Shown: positions 1-9,331 of the stretch, one piece after another
How the letters are laid out: each line of letters opens with the position of its first letter
Numbering within the stretch: position 1 is the first letter of the stretch
Assembly: GCA_963701855.1 (NCBI GenBank)
Contig: CAVPBK010000001.1
Location: forward strand, 1 to 64,000
Source: Nitrospirota bacterium
GTDB lineage: Bacteria; Nitrospirota; Nitrospiria; Nitrospirales; Nitrospiraceae
Direction: 5' to 3'
DNA: 64,000 nucleotides
Position numbers and translations under genes: made by a program
The notes under the pieces: model-generated
Database searches by the model: none
Told to the model about the DNA's origin: nothing
Seen by the model: only the letters and a program-made list of their open reading frames with translations

Positions 1-1
1 C

Positions 2-820
2 TCCAAGAGAGTGGCGAACCAACACTACGATTTGGACAACGACTTTTACGAAAAGATGCTGGACCCGCACATGCAATATACCTGCGCCTATTGGAAGGGG
101 GCGCATACTCTGGCAGAGGCGCAAGAACAGAAGCTGGACTTGATCTGTCAGAAGCTGCAGCTTCACAAGGGCGACCGTATCCTCGAACTCGGGTGCGGGT
201 GGGGAGGCTTTGCGCAATATGCGGCCAGCAAGTACGGTTGTTCGGTGGTAGCCCATAATATTTCCTCGGAGCAAGTCGCCTACGCGCGTCGATGGTGTGC
301 AGGTCTTCCCGTTGAAGTGATTCAGGGGGATTACCGGGAGGCGACCGGCGAATTCGATAAAGTCGCTGCCATCGGTCTGTGCGAGCATGTGGGATATAAG
401 AATTACCGGACGTTGATGGAAACGGCCCATCGCAGATTGAAACCGCACGGCCTCTTCTTGCTCCACAGCATCGGAAACAATGCCTCAGTCACCACCTCCG
501 ATCCATGGTTTGATAAGTATATTTTCCCGGGCGGCATGCTTCCTTCTGTGGCCCAGCTCAGCGCCGCGATGGATGGACTGCTTGTGATGGAGGATTGGCA
601 TAATTTCGGACCCGACTATGACAAAACGCTCGTGGCCTGGCAGAACAATGTAGATAAGCACCGGGGGGAATTTAAGGCAAAGTTCGACGAGCGCTTCCAT
701 CGAATGTGGCGCTACTATCTGTTATCCCTCGCAGGGTCGTTCCGCGCCAGGAAGATTCACCTCTGGCAAATTGTGATGTCCAAGCAGGGTGTACTGGGCG
801 GATATGAATCGGTGCGATAA
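2..820 (+). CDS. cfa: Cyclopropane-fatty-acyl-phospholipid synthase family SAM methyltransferase (5' truncated by window edge; Cfa/TmsB-like)
   Basis: HYDLDNDFY, MQYTCAYW, ILELGCGWGG SAM motif, KYIFPGGMLPS, RMWRYYL; frame is open back to base 2. Confidence 0.9.
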   Translation, partial: SKRVANQHYDLDNDFYEKMLDPHMQYTCAYWKGAHTLAEAQEQKLDLICQKLQLHKGDRILELGCGWGGFAQYAASKYGCSVVAHNISSEQVAYARRWCAGLPVEVIQGDYREATGEFDKVAAIGLCEHVGYKNYRTLMETAHRRLKPHGLFLLHSIGNNASVTTSDPWFDKYIFPGGMLPSVAQLSAAMDGLLVMEDWHNFGPDYDKTLVAWQNNVDKHRGEFKAKFDERFHRMWRYYLLSLAGSFRARKIHLWQIVMSKQGVLGGYESVR

Positions 821-825
821 CCGGC

Positions 826-2169
826 ATGATCTCACAGCAGGAATACGCCGGCAAACGAGCGCGTGTGGTGACAGCCATTCGTGCGACGAACGCGGCCGAC
901 CCTCTCGCACTTGAAAAATCCACGTCCAATCTATTTCGGCAGCGTGTGCAGGAGCACGTGCACCGACTTGATCTGCGCGATTTCAATCATGTGATCCGGG
1001 TGGATGAACACGAGCAGCTTGCAGAAGTCGAAGGCCTGACGACCTATGAAGAGCTCGTCAGAGAAACACTCCCATTCCAGCTCATGCCCACCGTGGTGCC
1101 CCAGCTCAAATCGATCACCATTGGGGGGGCCATCGCAGGCATCGGTATTGAGTCGTCTTCGTTCAAGTGCGGCTTTGTGCACGAAACGGTGCAGGAACTC
1201 GAAATCCTCCTTCCCGATGGAAGAGTCGTTGTGGCGACGAAAGCGAATGAATACAGCGACCTGTTTTTTGGCTTTCCGAACTCCTATGGCACGCTCGGGT
1301 ATGTGCTGAAGTTGAAAGTGAAGCTCATCCCCATCAAGCCATTTGTCAAACTGACACACCACCGTTATTCAGACTGGGAACAGTACTTTCATGCGATTGC
1401 ACGATTGTGCAAAGAACGGTCTGTGGATTTCGTCGACGGGACGATGTTCAACGACAAGGATCTGTATATCACCACGGGTGAATTCATCGACCACGCCGCA
1501 TGGCTCAGCGACTACACGTATTTACAGATCTACTATCGATCGATCCGGCAAAAAAAGACCGACTATCTCACGGCCCATGACTATATCTGGCGTTGGGATA
1601 CCGATTGGTTCTGGTGTTCCAAACATTTCTTCCTGCAGTATCCCGTGATGCGATGGCTTTGGGGGAAAAAACGTCTTTGTTCCTCGATGTATTGGAAGCT
1701 ATTGAAATGGTCTCGTCGATCACCCGTGGCACAATGGGTTGCCAGGGTGATTGAGGACCGGCAAGAAGCCGTCATTCAGGATGTCGAAATTCCGATCGAG
1801 CATGCGCCTGAATTTGCACAGTTCCTCCATGAGGAGATCGGGATCAAGCCGGTCTGGATTTGTCCTGTGACGGCCTATGATCCGTCGGTCTCGTATTCGT
1901 TGTATTCCATGAAGCCCCACAAGCTGTATGTCAATTTTGGATTCTGGGACGTGGTGAAGACCGATCACGAAGAGGGATACTTCAATAAAGCCATAGAAGC
2001 TAAGGTACGGAAGCTCGATGGCCAAAAATCCCTCTATTCGACCTCGTATTACTCCAGAGAAGAATTTGGAGAATTGTACAATGCGCGAGGCTACCAACAA
2101 CTCAAGACTCGATACGATCCCACGAGCAAGCTCATTAGTCTTTATGAAAAGTGCATATTGAAAAAGTAG
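826..2169 (+). CDS. FAD-binding oxidoreductase, DHCR24/TmsA(BfaA)-like
   Basis: VVPQLKSITIGGAIAGIGIESSSF, FPNSYGTLGY, WRWDTDWFWCS, QDVEIP, LYVNFGFW, KSLYS; starts 5 bp after the cfa stop. Confidence 0.85.
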   Translation: MISQQEYAGKRARVVTAIRATNAADPLALEKSTSNLFRQRVQEHVHRLDLRDFNHVIRVDEHEQLAEVEGLTTYEELVRETLPFQLMPTVVPQLKSITIGGAIAGIGIESSSFKCGFVHETVQELEILLPDGRVVVATKANEYSDLFFGFPNSYGTLGYVLKLKVKLIPIKPFVKLTHHRYSDWEQYFHAIARLCKERSVDFVDGTMFNDKDLYITTGEFIDHAAWLSDYTYLQIYYRSIRQKKTDYLTAHDYIWRWDTDWFWCSKHFFLQYPVMRWLWGKKRLCSSMYWKLLKWSRRSPVAQWVARVIEDRQEAVIQDVEIPIEHAPEFAQFLHEEIGIKPVWICPVTAYDPSVSYSLYSMKPHKLYVNFGFWDVVKTDHEEGYFNKAIEAKVRKLDGQKSLYSTSYYSREEFGELYNARGYQQLKTRYDPTSKLISLYEKCILKK

Positions 2170-2287
2170 TACACTTTAGCAGTGTGTACAGGGTCTGATT
2201 TTATAGATTGACCCGATAAGTTGATTCGAGGCGGGCACTGCAAGAACTGCCGCACCACTCGACAAATCATTAAAATCGACGGCTCCG

Positions 2288-2393
2288 TTTGAACTTTATA
2301 CAGGTCTATCCCCGCTTGAACCCTGGTCGACGAGAATGTATGGCGAAGATCGTGGAGATGGAGATCTTGGATCTTCGTGATGTCGAGTGCGGG
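2288..2393 (-). pseudogene. Tyrosine recombinase/phage integrase C-terminal remnant
   Basis: Manual minus-strand translation ALDITKIQDLHLHDLRHTFSSTRVQAGIDLYKVQ contains the HxLRH box; the following LLGH and catalytic Tyr are absent; not in ORF track. Confidence 0.75.
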
Positions 2394-2516
2394 GGCAAGC
2401 TCATGGATGTTGCTCCCATCAAGAGGCCTGTCGGTTTGGTTGTGAGACAGGCAAATGTATGATCACAAGCGAGAAACCACCGGTCCAGATTTAAGGAATG
2501 GACAGAATAGAGCCCA

Positions 2517-2810
2517 TTACGCTTTCATCCTGCGCTGTAGAAACAGGATGAGTGCCATCAGCGTAGGTAAGGGGGCAAGAAGGAAGGGTAAGAGCCACAC
2601 CCACACGTTCTTTCCCCGCATCCGCGTCTGGTCGATCATCCATACAAAAATCCACAGCACCAGGCCGACATAGTTCAAGCTGATCCAGCCTGTCATAAGC
2701 ATTTTCAACGCACCGTCCTCACCCAGCTGACCTTGGGTCAGAAACACGACAAGCCCCAGCACAAAGGCAGCCAGCAGACCAATGATGAGCCGCTTACTCC
2801 AAACATACAT
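2517..2810 (-). CDS. Small membrane protein, hypothetical
   Basis: 97 aa, three hydrophobic segments, GGAGG RBS upstream. Confidence 0.7.
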   Translation of the reverse strand: MYVWSKRLIIGLLAAFVLGLVVFLTQGQLGEDGALKMLMTGWISLNYVGLVLWIFVWMIDQTRMRGKNVWVWLLPFLLAPLPTLMALILFLQRRMKA

Positions 2811-2883
2811 GTCAACCTCCCTTATTGATTACACTGACTTTGCGGATTGCAAGGAGTCCCATGCGCAAACTGGAACGTGCTGC

Positions 2884-3264
2884 TTAGGAGGGCCCACGCC
2901 AGTGTGTGCCAAACCGCCGACTGATGACGACCATCATCAGTCCTATGATGGCGCCGAAGAGCCAGTTCAGGAGTCTTACGGGGAACCACAAAAACGCAAT
3001 CACCGCTTCGCGTGCCGGGAATTGGAGCGCTATCAATACTTGATGGACGCCGTTCTCCTGCAAAATCGGATGCAGAAGAAATGCGATCGCACCGGCAACA
3101 TACCCTGCCACTCCCCCAAAAATGATCATTGAGATGCCAGGGAGATGCCCAGTCTGATAACGACGTAACCGTAATAGAAACAAGACCAGCAACAGGGTCA
3201 GGAAGATCGCTTGGTAGGAGAGATAGCATGAGCCACGCAACCAGAAATTGATCCACTGGCTCAT
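2884..3264 (-). CDS. Hypothetical membrane protein (true 5' end uncertain)
   Basis: 126 aa hydrophobic ORF; frame stays hydrophobic upstream until an in-frame TGA. Confidence 0.5.
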   Translation of the reverse strand: MSQWINFWLRGSCYLSYQAIFLTLLLVLFLLRLRRYQTGHLPGISMIIFGGVAGYVAGAIAFLLHPILQENGVHQVLIALQFPAREAVIAFLWFPVRLLNWLFGAIIGLMMVVISRRFGTHWRGPS

Positions 3265-3694
3265 GAACGTCAGGAACGCAAGGAGATACGCGAACGAGAG
3301 ACTTATCCCACCGGGATGACCTGTTGCAGCCTCGACTCAATCGAGCATCGAATCTTCGGAGTCACACCGTGAAAGATGAACTCAATTGAGACGAGAGTTG
3401 CACGCTACTTGTTTGTTCGCTGGACAAGCGTACCCGAACATAACGCGGGCATGGATTATCTCCGCCCCTGCAGCTGCTCAGCCGGCCTGCTTCATGGCTC
3501 TCACGACACTCCCCTAATCGGTTCGCCCTTCAAGACCTGGTCATGATATGTCATAACACATCTAGGTATCAGCATATGTCTTTATGCTAATGTACAAGAG
3601 GCCGCATGGCATCGGAGCTTTGGAACCACATCGGGGTATCTCACCAATGTCCACCACTGCGGCCCCACTGTACGAAGTATGACGGAGAGTTTCA

Positions 3695-4429
3695 ATGCTC
3701 CCTGAAGAAAGCGCCATCACGGCAGACACATCGGCAACGTCCTCGATCACAGGAAAGATCGTTGTGGCGCTGCTCTTTCTGTCGGCAATAGGTGCATTCT
3801 TTTTCTTTGATCTCAAAACCTATCTATCGTTGGACACACTCAAAGCGAATCGAGACAGCCTACTGGATTTTACCCAGGACCATTATGTGCCGGCCGTTGC
3901 CTTGTTCATTCTGATATACATCCTTCAAACATCCTTCTCCCTGCCTGGTGCAACGATCATGACCCTTGCCGGCGGCTTCCTCTTCGGAAGTCTGTGGGGC
4001 ACCCTTTACGTCAATATTGGAGCCACGACCGGCGCGACCTTGGCCTTTCTCGCCGCTCGTTATCTGTTTCATCAATGGGTGGAGCGGAAATTTGGTGATC
4101 GGCTCGGCCCGATTCAGGATGGCTTTGCGAAGAATGCCTTCAGTTATCTTCTGACGTTGCGGCTCATCCCATTCTTCCCCTTCTTTCTGGTGAATCTTCT
4201 CTCAGGGCTGACGCGAGTGAAGGTGAGCACGTATGTCTTGGCGACCGCTGTAGGAATTATTCCCGGCAGTGTTGTGTATGCCTTCGCCGGACGTCAACTG
4301 GGCACCATCAATGCCCTTTCAGAACTGGTCTCACCGCGACTCCTTCTGGCTTTCAGCTTACTGGGGTTGCTCATGCTGATCCCCGTTGTCTATCGAAAGT
4401 TTACCGAAACCCCAACGCCTCCGTCATAG
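3695..4429 (+). CDS. TVP38/TMEM64 (DedA/VTT, SNARE-associated) membrane protein
   Basis: SLPGATIMTLAGGFLFG, GATLAFLAARYL, LRLIPFFPFFLVN, GIIPG motifs. Confidence 0.9.
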   Translation: MLPEESAITADTSATSSITGKIVVALLFLSAIGAFFFFDLKTYLSLDTLKANRDSLLDFTQDHYVPAVALFILIYILQTSFSLPGATIMTLAGGFLFGSLWGTLYVNIGATTGATLAFLAARYLFHQWVERKFGDRLGPIQDGFAKNAFSYLLTLRLIPFFPFFLVNLLSGLTRVKVSTYVLATAVGIIPGSVVYAFAGRQLGTINALSELVSPRLLLAFSLLGLLMLIPVVYRKFTETPTPPS

Positions 4430-4502
4430 AAAGAGAACGACATGGGCTCCTACTTTCATCCACACAATCTCGGCAAGTTCATGAGATATTAATCCTTCTG
4501 CC

Positions 4503-5783
4503 ATGCGATTGTTTGCAAAAATCCTGATCGGCCTTCTGATCTTTGCAGGCCTCATCTATGTCTACTACACCGAGGTGAAGCCAACCGTTATCTTCGGTTT
4601 GCGTTCAGACTATGCGCATGCAATTCCATATCAAAAAATCCCGGAAGGCCTCACGAGTTTACGAGCGGAATCCTGTGGGTCTTGTCACAAGGAGATCTAT
4701 GCAGAATGGAAAACCAGCATCCATTCGCAGGCCTATCGCGATCCATTCTTCCAAGCCTATTGGACGAAGGATAAGCACTCGTGGGTTTGCCTAAACTGCC
4801 ACACCCCGTTAGAAAACCAGCAGCCCACATTAATCAAAGAGATCCCGCGCGAGCGCGTAGAAAGAGCCATTCAGGAGCCGAATCCTCAGTACGATCCCGA
4901 CTACCAGAACGAAGGAGTGACCTGCGCGGCCTGCCACGTCCGGGATGGGATAATTCTAGGACCCATTGACGATGCGGTCGCGCCTCATCCCACGAAATTC
5001 GACCCCAGCTTTCGCACCACTCAGCTCTGTTATCGATGCCATAGCGTCGTGGGGGGGCCGGCGCAATTCTATAACGGAGGGCCTTGCGGCACATATCCCG
5101 AATACGAGAGCGGGTACTGGATGAAGGAGCGCGGTTTTATCTGTCAAAGCTGCCACATGCCTGAGATCGAACGCCCGGTAGCCACAGGAGGCCCCATTCG
5201 ACAGGGCCGTCAACATCTCTGGCGCGGCGGACACGATCCAGAAATGATCAAGCGGGCGGTCGGCATCAAGGTTGTCGCCGAACCGGCTGAGCCAAAGCCA
5301 GGAAATAAGGTTCAAGTGACATTAACCCTCATCAATGCGGGAGCAGGGCATAAACTCCCAACGGGAGACCCCGATCGGCACTTTACGGTGGAGTTTATTG
5401 TCGAGGATCAGAAACAACAGGTATTAGAAAGCCAGTCAGACACGATGGGTCGATGGATCATGTGGCAGCCGGCGATTATTGAGCTCCACGACAATCGCTT
5501 AATGCCTCTCGCAAGTCGGGATTACACATTTTCCTATCGGCTACCGAAAGACAGTTCGGGGCTCAAACTGACAGCTAAGGTGCGCTATCACATCCAGTCC
5601 GAACGGCAGCATCAAATGCTGATCAACAAATATGGACTAACGGCTCCAGATCCCTACTTCTTTACGATCTATGAGCAAACAGTGCCCTTGACCGGCAACC
5701 TCGCTGCACACTTCGAACAAACCCCAGCTGATGTACCCATGGCCTGTGCGGCGCCCAATCCACAGCTGAAAAAAACCTCCTGA
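4503..5783 (+). CDS. Membrane-anchored/periplasmic multiheme c-type cytochrome (5 CxxCH, c554-like)
   Basis: CGSCH, CLNCH, CAACH, CYRCH, CQSCH; N-terminal hydrophobic anchor; NAGAGHKLPTGD motif. Confidence 0.85.
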   Translation: MRLFAKILIGLLIFAGLIYVYYTEVKPTVIFGLRSDYAHAIPYQKIPEGLTSLRAESCGSCHKEIYAEWKTSIHSQAYRDPFFQAYWTKDKHSWVCLNCHTPLENQQPTLIKEIPRERVERAIQEPNPQYDPDYQNEGVTCAACHVRDGIILGPIDDAVAPHPTKFDPSFRTTQLCYRCHSVVGGPAQFYNGGPCGTYPEYESGYWMKERGFICQSCHMPEIERPVATGGPIRQGRQHLWRGGHDPEMIKRAVGIKVVAEPAEPKPGNKVQVTLTLINAGAGHKLPTGDPDRHFTVEFIVEDQKQQVLESQSDTMGRWIMWQPAIIELHDNRLMPLASRDYTFSYRLPKDSSGLKLTAKVRYHIQSERQHQMLINKYGLTAPDPYFFTIYEQTVPLTGNLAAHFEQTPADVPMACAAPNPQLKKTS

Positions 5784-6003
5784 GCCTGGGTTGAGTAGCG
5801 CATCGAAGTGATACATAGGCTCGATTCCGACGATGTAGGATTGGGCTTCCCCATAAATATTAATATTATATTGGAGCCTTGTAAGTGGTCATGCTCCCCT
5901 CCCTACGCGTGACGGAGACCTGGGGAAAAACGGAGTTGACGAACCTCCGTCCAAGTTGATACATGGAAAGGACTGTATGTTTTCACTCGACTATGAGGCG
6001 GTT

Positions 6004-7194
6004 ATGCCACTGGATGAGATTACACAAAAGGTCAGTGATCGCTATACTCGGGCTGCGTCAACGGGCGAACAGATGTGTTGCCCGACCAGCTATGACATGG
6101 CCGATCTCCAATCCTTTATCCCGGAAGAAGTCCTCAAGGTTTCGTATGGTTGCGGAACGCCGGCCGGGCTAAAGACTGTCTCCCAGGGGGAAACCGTGCT
6201 GGATATCGGTTCAGGTGGCGGGATCGATTGCTTCGCGGCCGCTCGGCTTGTTGGCCCGACAGGTCACGTCATCGGGATCGACATGACTGACACGATGCTG
6301 GCTATCGCTCAAAAGAATGCTCCCATCGTCGCAGCCAATCTTGGCTATCCGACTTCCAATGTCGAGTTTCGCAAGGGGATGGCAAACGCAATACCTGTTA
6401 TTGACGGCTCCGTCGATTTGATCATCTCCAATTGTGTGATCAACCTGGCGCCGGATAAACGAAAGGTCTTCAGAGAAATGTTTCGCGTCGCCAAACCTGG
6501 TGGACGATTTACGATCTCCGACATCGTGGCCGATCAGCCCGTTCCGCAGTATTTGGTGCACGACGCTGAAAAGTGGGGTGACTGCCTCTCCGGAGCGCTG
6601 ACGCTCGCCGACTATATCGCGGGAATAGCGGGAAGCGGCTTTCTTGGCATTCATCTGATCAACTCCTCACCCTGGCAGGTGATCGACGGCATTCACTTCT
6701 TCTCCGTCACCTTGACAGGATATAAACTTCCCGCGAGCGCGCCTGTGTCGGCTGTTCGTTATGCCACGCTCCGAGGGCCGTTCAGCCGAGTGGTCGATGA
6801 ACTCGGCACGACCTATCTCCGAGGCATTCCCCAGTCTATCACGCCTGACACAGTGTGCCTCTTGAGTCAGGCTCCGTTAGCTTCTCATTTTGTCCTGTCC
6901 GCCAACCCGCTATGGCTGGATCGAGCCGATGACCGATGGACCGCAGTCTACCCGACGGACGCTCCCTGCCACTGGCGAGGACATTTCGCCATGTTCGCTG
7001 GTCCCTTCATCGAAGCCGACGACGACGATCACCACGTCTATCGCCGAGGAGAACCGGTGGAGATCTGTTCCAAGACGCTGACAGTATTACAAGCCGACGG
7101 CTACGGTCCGCATTTCGCGATCATCAGCCGCGCAAGCCAGAACGTCAGCGGTGACGCCGTCACCTGCTCGTCCGACAAGGAACCCTGCTGCTGA
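6004..7194 (+). CDS. arsM: Arsenite S-adenosylmethionine methyltransferase (ArsM-like) with C-terminal extension
   Basis: SYGCGTP, VLDIGSGGGIDCF, GIDMT, ISNCVINL, WGDCLSGA; ATG 6004 follows GAGG. Confidence 0.85.
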   Translation: MPLDEITQKVSDRYTRAASTGEQMCCPTSYDMADLQSFIPEEVLKVSYGCGTPAGLKTVSQGETVLDIGSGGGIDCFAAARLVGPTGHVIGIDMTDTMLAIAQKNAPIVAANLGYPTSNVEFRKGMANAIPVIDGSVDLIISNCVINLAPDKRKVFREMFRVAKPGGRFTISDIVADQPVPQYLVHDAEKWGDCLSGALTLADYIAGIAGSGFLGIHLINSSPWQVIDGIHFFSVTLTGYKLPASAPVSAVRYATLRGPFSRVVDELGTTYLRGIPQSITPDTVCLLSQAPLASHFVLSANPLWLDRADDRWTAVYPTDAPCHWRGHFAMFAGPFIEADDDDHHVYRRGEPVEICSKTLTVLQADGYGPHFAIISRASQNVSGDAVTCSSDKEPCC

Positions 7195-7517
7195 TGAAGT
7201 CCCCTTCGAGCAGCAAGATACTGACTTCGCGCCAATGCGCCACGGTCCTCAAGGCCTTGGGCGACGAAACCCGGCTCCGCATTTTGAAATCCCTTCTCAT
7301 CGGTGAAAAATGTGTGACGGATCTTGTGCAGGAATTGAAGTGCTCTCAACCCCATGCCTCCCACCATCTCCGTATTCTGCGAGACGCAGATCTGGTCGAG
7401 GGACATCGAGACGGTAAACAGGTTTGTTACAGAGTCTCTCCCGCGATCCAACGAGCACTGGCAAACAGGCAGGGACAGGCCCTGGATTTTGGCTACTGTG
7501 AGTTGCGGTTTCCGTAA
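7194..7517 (+). CDS. arsR: ArsR/SmtB family transcriptional regulator
   Basis: LKALGDETRLRIL, EKCVTDL, SQPHASHHLRILRDADLV; start overlaps the arsM stop. Confidence 0.85.
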   Translation: MKSPSSSKILTSRQCATVLKALGDETRLRILKSLLIGEKCVTDLVQELKCSQPHASHHLRILRDADLVEGHRDGKQVCYRVSPAIQRALANRQGQALDFGYCELRFP

Positions 7518-7598
7518 ACGGCTTTGATGACGACCGGTCATGTGCGCTGAGAGTAATCGGTTCCTGAGAATATTTCTTCGTTTCTGACGGGCATAGAT

Positions 7599-8636
7599 AT
7601 GGCGCTGACGCTGCTGGGCCAACATAATCCCCTTGCCTCCTCCACGGAGCAGTTGAAGATGCTCGGGAGGACCTTGAGCTGCCCCCCATTCGAGACGCAG
7701 CTCGATCACATCGGCCTGCTCCCGCTTCGCGCTACCGGAATCACCGTCTTTCAGATCAATGTCGGCAAGCTCTGCAATCAGACCTGTCGGCACTGTCATG
7801 TCGATGCGGGGCCTGACCGGACCGAACAGATGTCCTATGAAACGGCAAAGCAATGCATCCGCGCTCTCGCTCAGACCGATATTCCGACGGTCGATATCAC
7901 GGGTGGCGCACCGGAACTCAACCCCCATTTTCGTTGGCTGGTTGAACAGAGCCGGGCATTGGGTCGCCATGTGATGGATCGATGTAACTTGTCTGTCTTG
8001 CTCCTTCCATCTCAAGCCGACTTGGCAGAGTTCCTCGCCTGGCATCGGGTGGAAATCGTCGCGTCGCTGCCCTATTACCGCGCCAGCCAGACCAATGCGC
8101 AGCGAGGTGAGGGCGTGTTTGAGAAATCGATCCAAGCGCTTCACCTCCTTAATCGACTCGGCTACGGCCAGCCTGGCAGCGGGCTGTCGTTGAATCTCGT
8201 CTGTAATCCCGTAGGAGCCTTTCTCCCTCCCAAGCAAGAGGCGATCGAAGCGCAGTTTCGAAAGGAACTCCGGGCTCGCCATGGCGTCGAGTTCAACCAT
8301 CTCTACACGATCACCAACATGCCGATCAGCCGGTTTCTTGAGTTTCTCTTGGAGAGCGGCAACTACGAGCAGTATATGGAGCGGTTGGCTGGCGCCTTCA
8401 ATCCCGCTGCCGCAGCCGGCGTCATGTGCCGCTACACGATCTCAGTGGGCTGGGATGGCACCCTCTACGACTGTGACTTCAACCAGATGCTCGATCTGCC
8501 TGTGGGTTACGGCGGCCCCGCTCATATCCGCGACTTTGATCCGACGCAACTCAATCAGCGCCAGATCACAATCCGCAACCATTGCTACGGCTGTACCGCC
8601 GGAGCCGGTTCGTCTTGCGGAGGGACAGTCGCCTGA
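7599..8636 (+). CDS. arsS: Arsenosugar biosynthesis radical SAM protein ArsS
   Basis: QINVGKLCNQTCRHCHVDAGP (CxxxCxxC), DITGGAPELNP, YDCDFNQML, HCYGCTAGAGSSCGG C-terminus. Confidence 0.9.
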   Translation: MALTLLGQHNPLASSTEQLKMLGRTLSCPPFETQLDHIGLLPLRATGITVFQINVGKLCNQTCRHCHVDAGPDRTEQMSYETAKQCIRALAQTDIPTVDITGGAPELNPHFRWLVEQSRALGRHVMDRCNLSVLLLPSQADLAEFLAWHRVEIVASLPYYRASQTNAQRGEGVFEKSIQALHLLNRLGYGQPGSGLSLNLVCNPVGAFLPPKQEAIEAQFRKELRARHGVEFNHLYTITNMPISRFLEFLLESGNYEQYMERLAGAFNPAAAAGVMCRYTISVGWDGTLYDCDFNQMLDLPVGYGGPAHIRDFDPTQLNQRQITIRNHCYGCTAGAGSSCGGTVA

Positions 8637-8695
8637 ATCATGATCCACGGCCAAGATATCCAGGTATCTAGATGATTAGATGTTCCACCGTCTTC

Positions 8696-9232
8696 ATGTT
8701 GAAGTAACGCAGCGCTGGTTGCTCTATCGGTAGCGGGTCTCATCTGTGTCCCCGCCAGGGTCTCGCCGTGGGCTCGTTCGAGCACAAAGATCCGTCTGCC
8801 GTCTCTCTCATCAAACAAGGAGTGAAACCTCCCAAAAGCTGTGTGCGTCTTGCGCAACTGTCGGCCAAAGGAGATCCTTATACGACAAGGGAAACGCTCG
8901 AGAATAGTTTGAAGTCCGAAGGGGCTAAAGTCGGAGCTGACTTCGTTCTCGTTACTGGGCACGAGGAGATTGAGGACAACAGCACCCCTCACTTTGTGGA
9001 GTGCGGCGCTGGAATTCCCATCGCAGAAGATGTTAAGAATCCATAGTTGCTTGGCCTGGTCTGTCGCGCAGCCAAAGCGGGGTTGGGAGTCGAGCTTTCG
9101 AAAAATTGGAGTGTGAAGACTGTGCTTCCTGGACCCGCAGCGGAACAAATAGGCCTTCAACCGGGTGACCGGTTTTGGCTCAGTTTCCCCCCACAACGGA
9201 GACTTCCTCTTTTGCGCATCAAGATTCCATGA
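8696..9232 (+). pseudogene. Degraded exported protein gene with PDZ-like C-terminus
   Basis: In-frame TAA 8705-8707 and TAG 9044-9046; signal-like segment in another frame; GLGVEL..VKTVLPGPAAEQIGLQPGDR is PDZ-like. Confidence 0.5.
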
Positions 9233-9331
9233 TGGATCAACTGGAGATTATGGTGATTGCGTCGCTTCTAGGCAGTCTGCTAAGGTGGCGGGATAGAGAT
9301 TCTCGCAATTATCTTCGGTGGAATATTTCGC

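Noticed and set aside
7186..7200. Selenocysteine read-through at the arsM end (TGC TGC TGA TGA)
   Set aside because: Two consecutive TGA codons, arsR ATG overlaps the stop, no recognisable SECIS; ArsS also has Cys, not TGA, in its C-terminal motif.
7101..8300. 399-aa antisense ORF and similar long shadow ORFs (9494-10345, 23622-24473, 56644-57768, 59937-60725)
   Set aside because: Antisense to well-supported genes, no motifs; expected in GC-rich coding DNA.
9044..9046. Pyrrolysine or amber read-through
   Set aside because: Other lesions in the same gene and no pyl genes; pseudogenisation is simpler.
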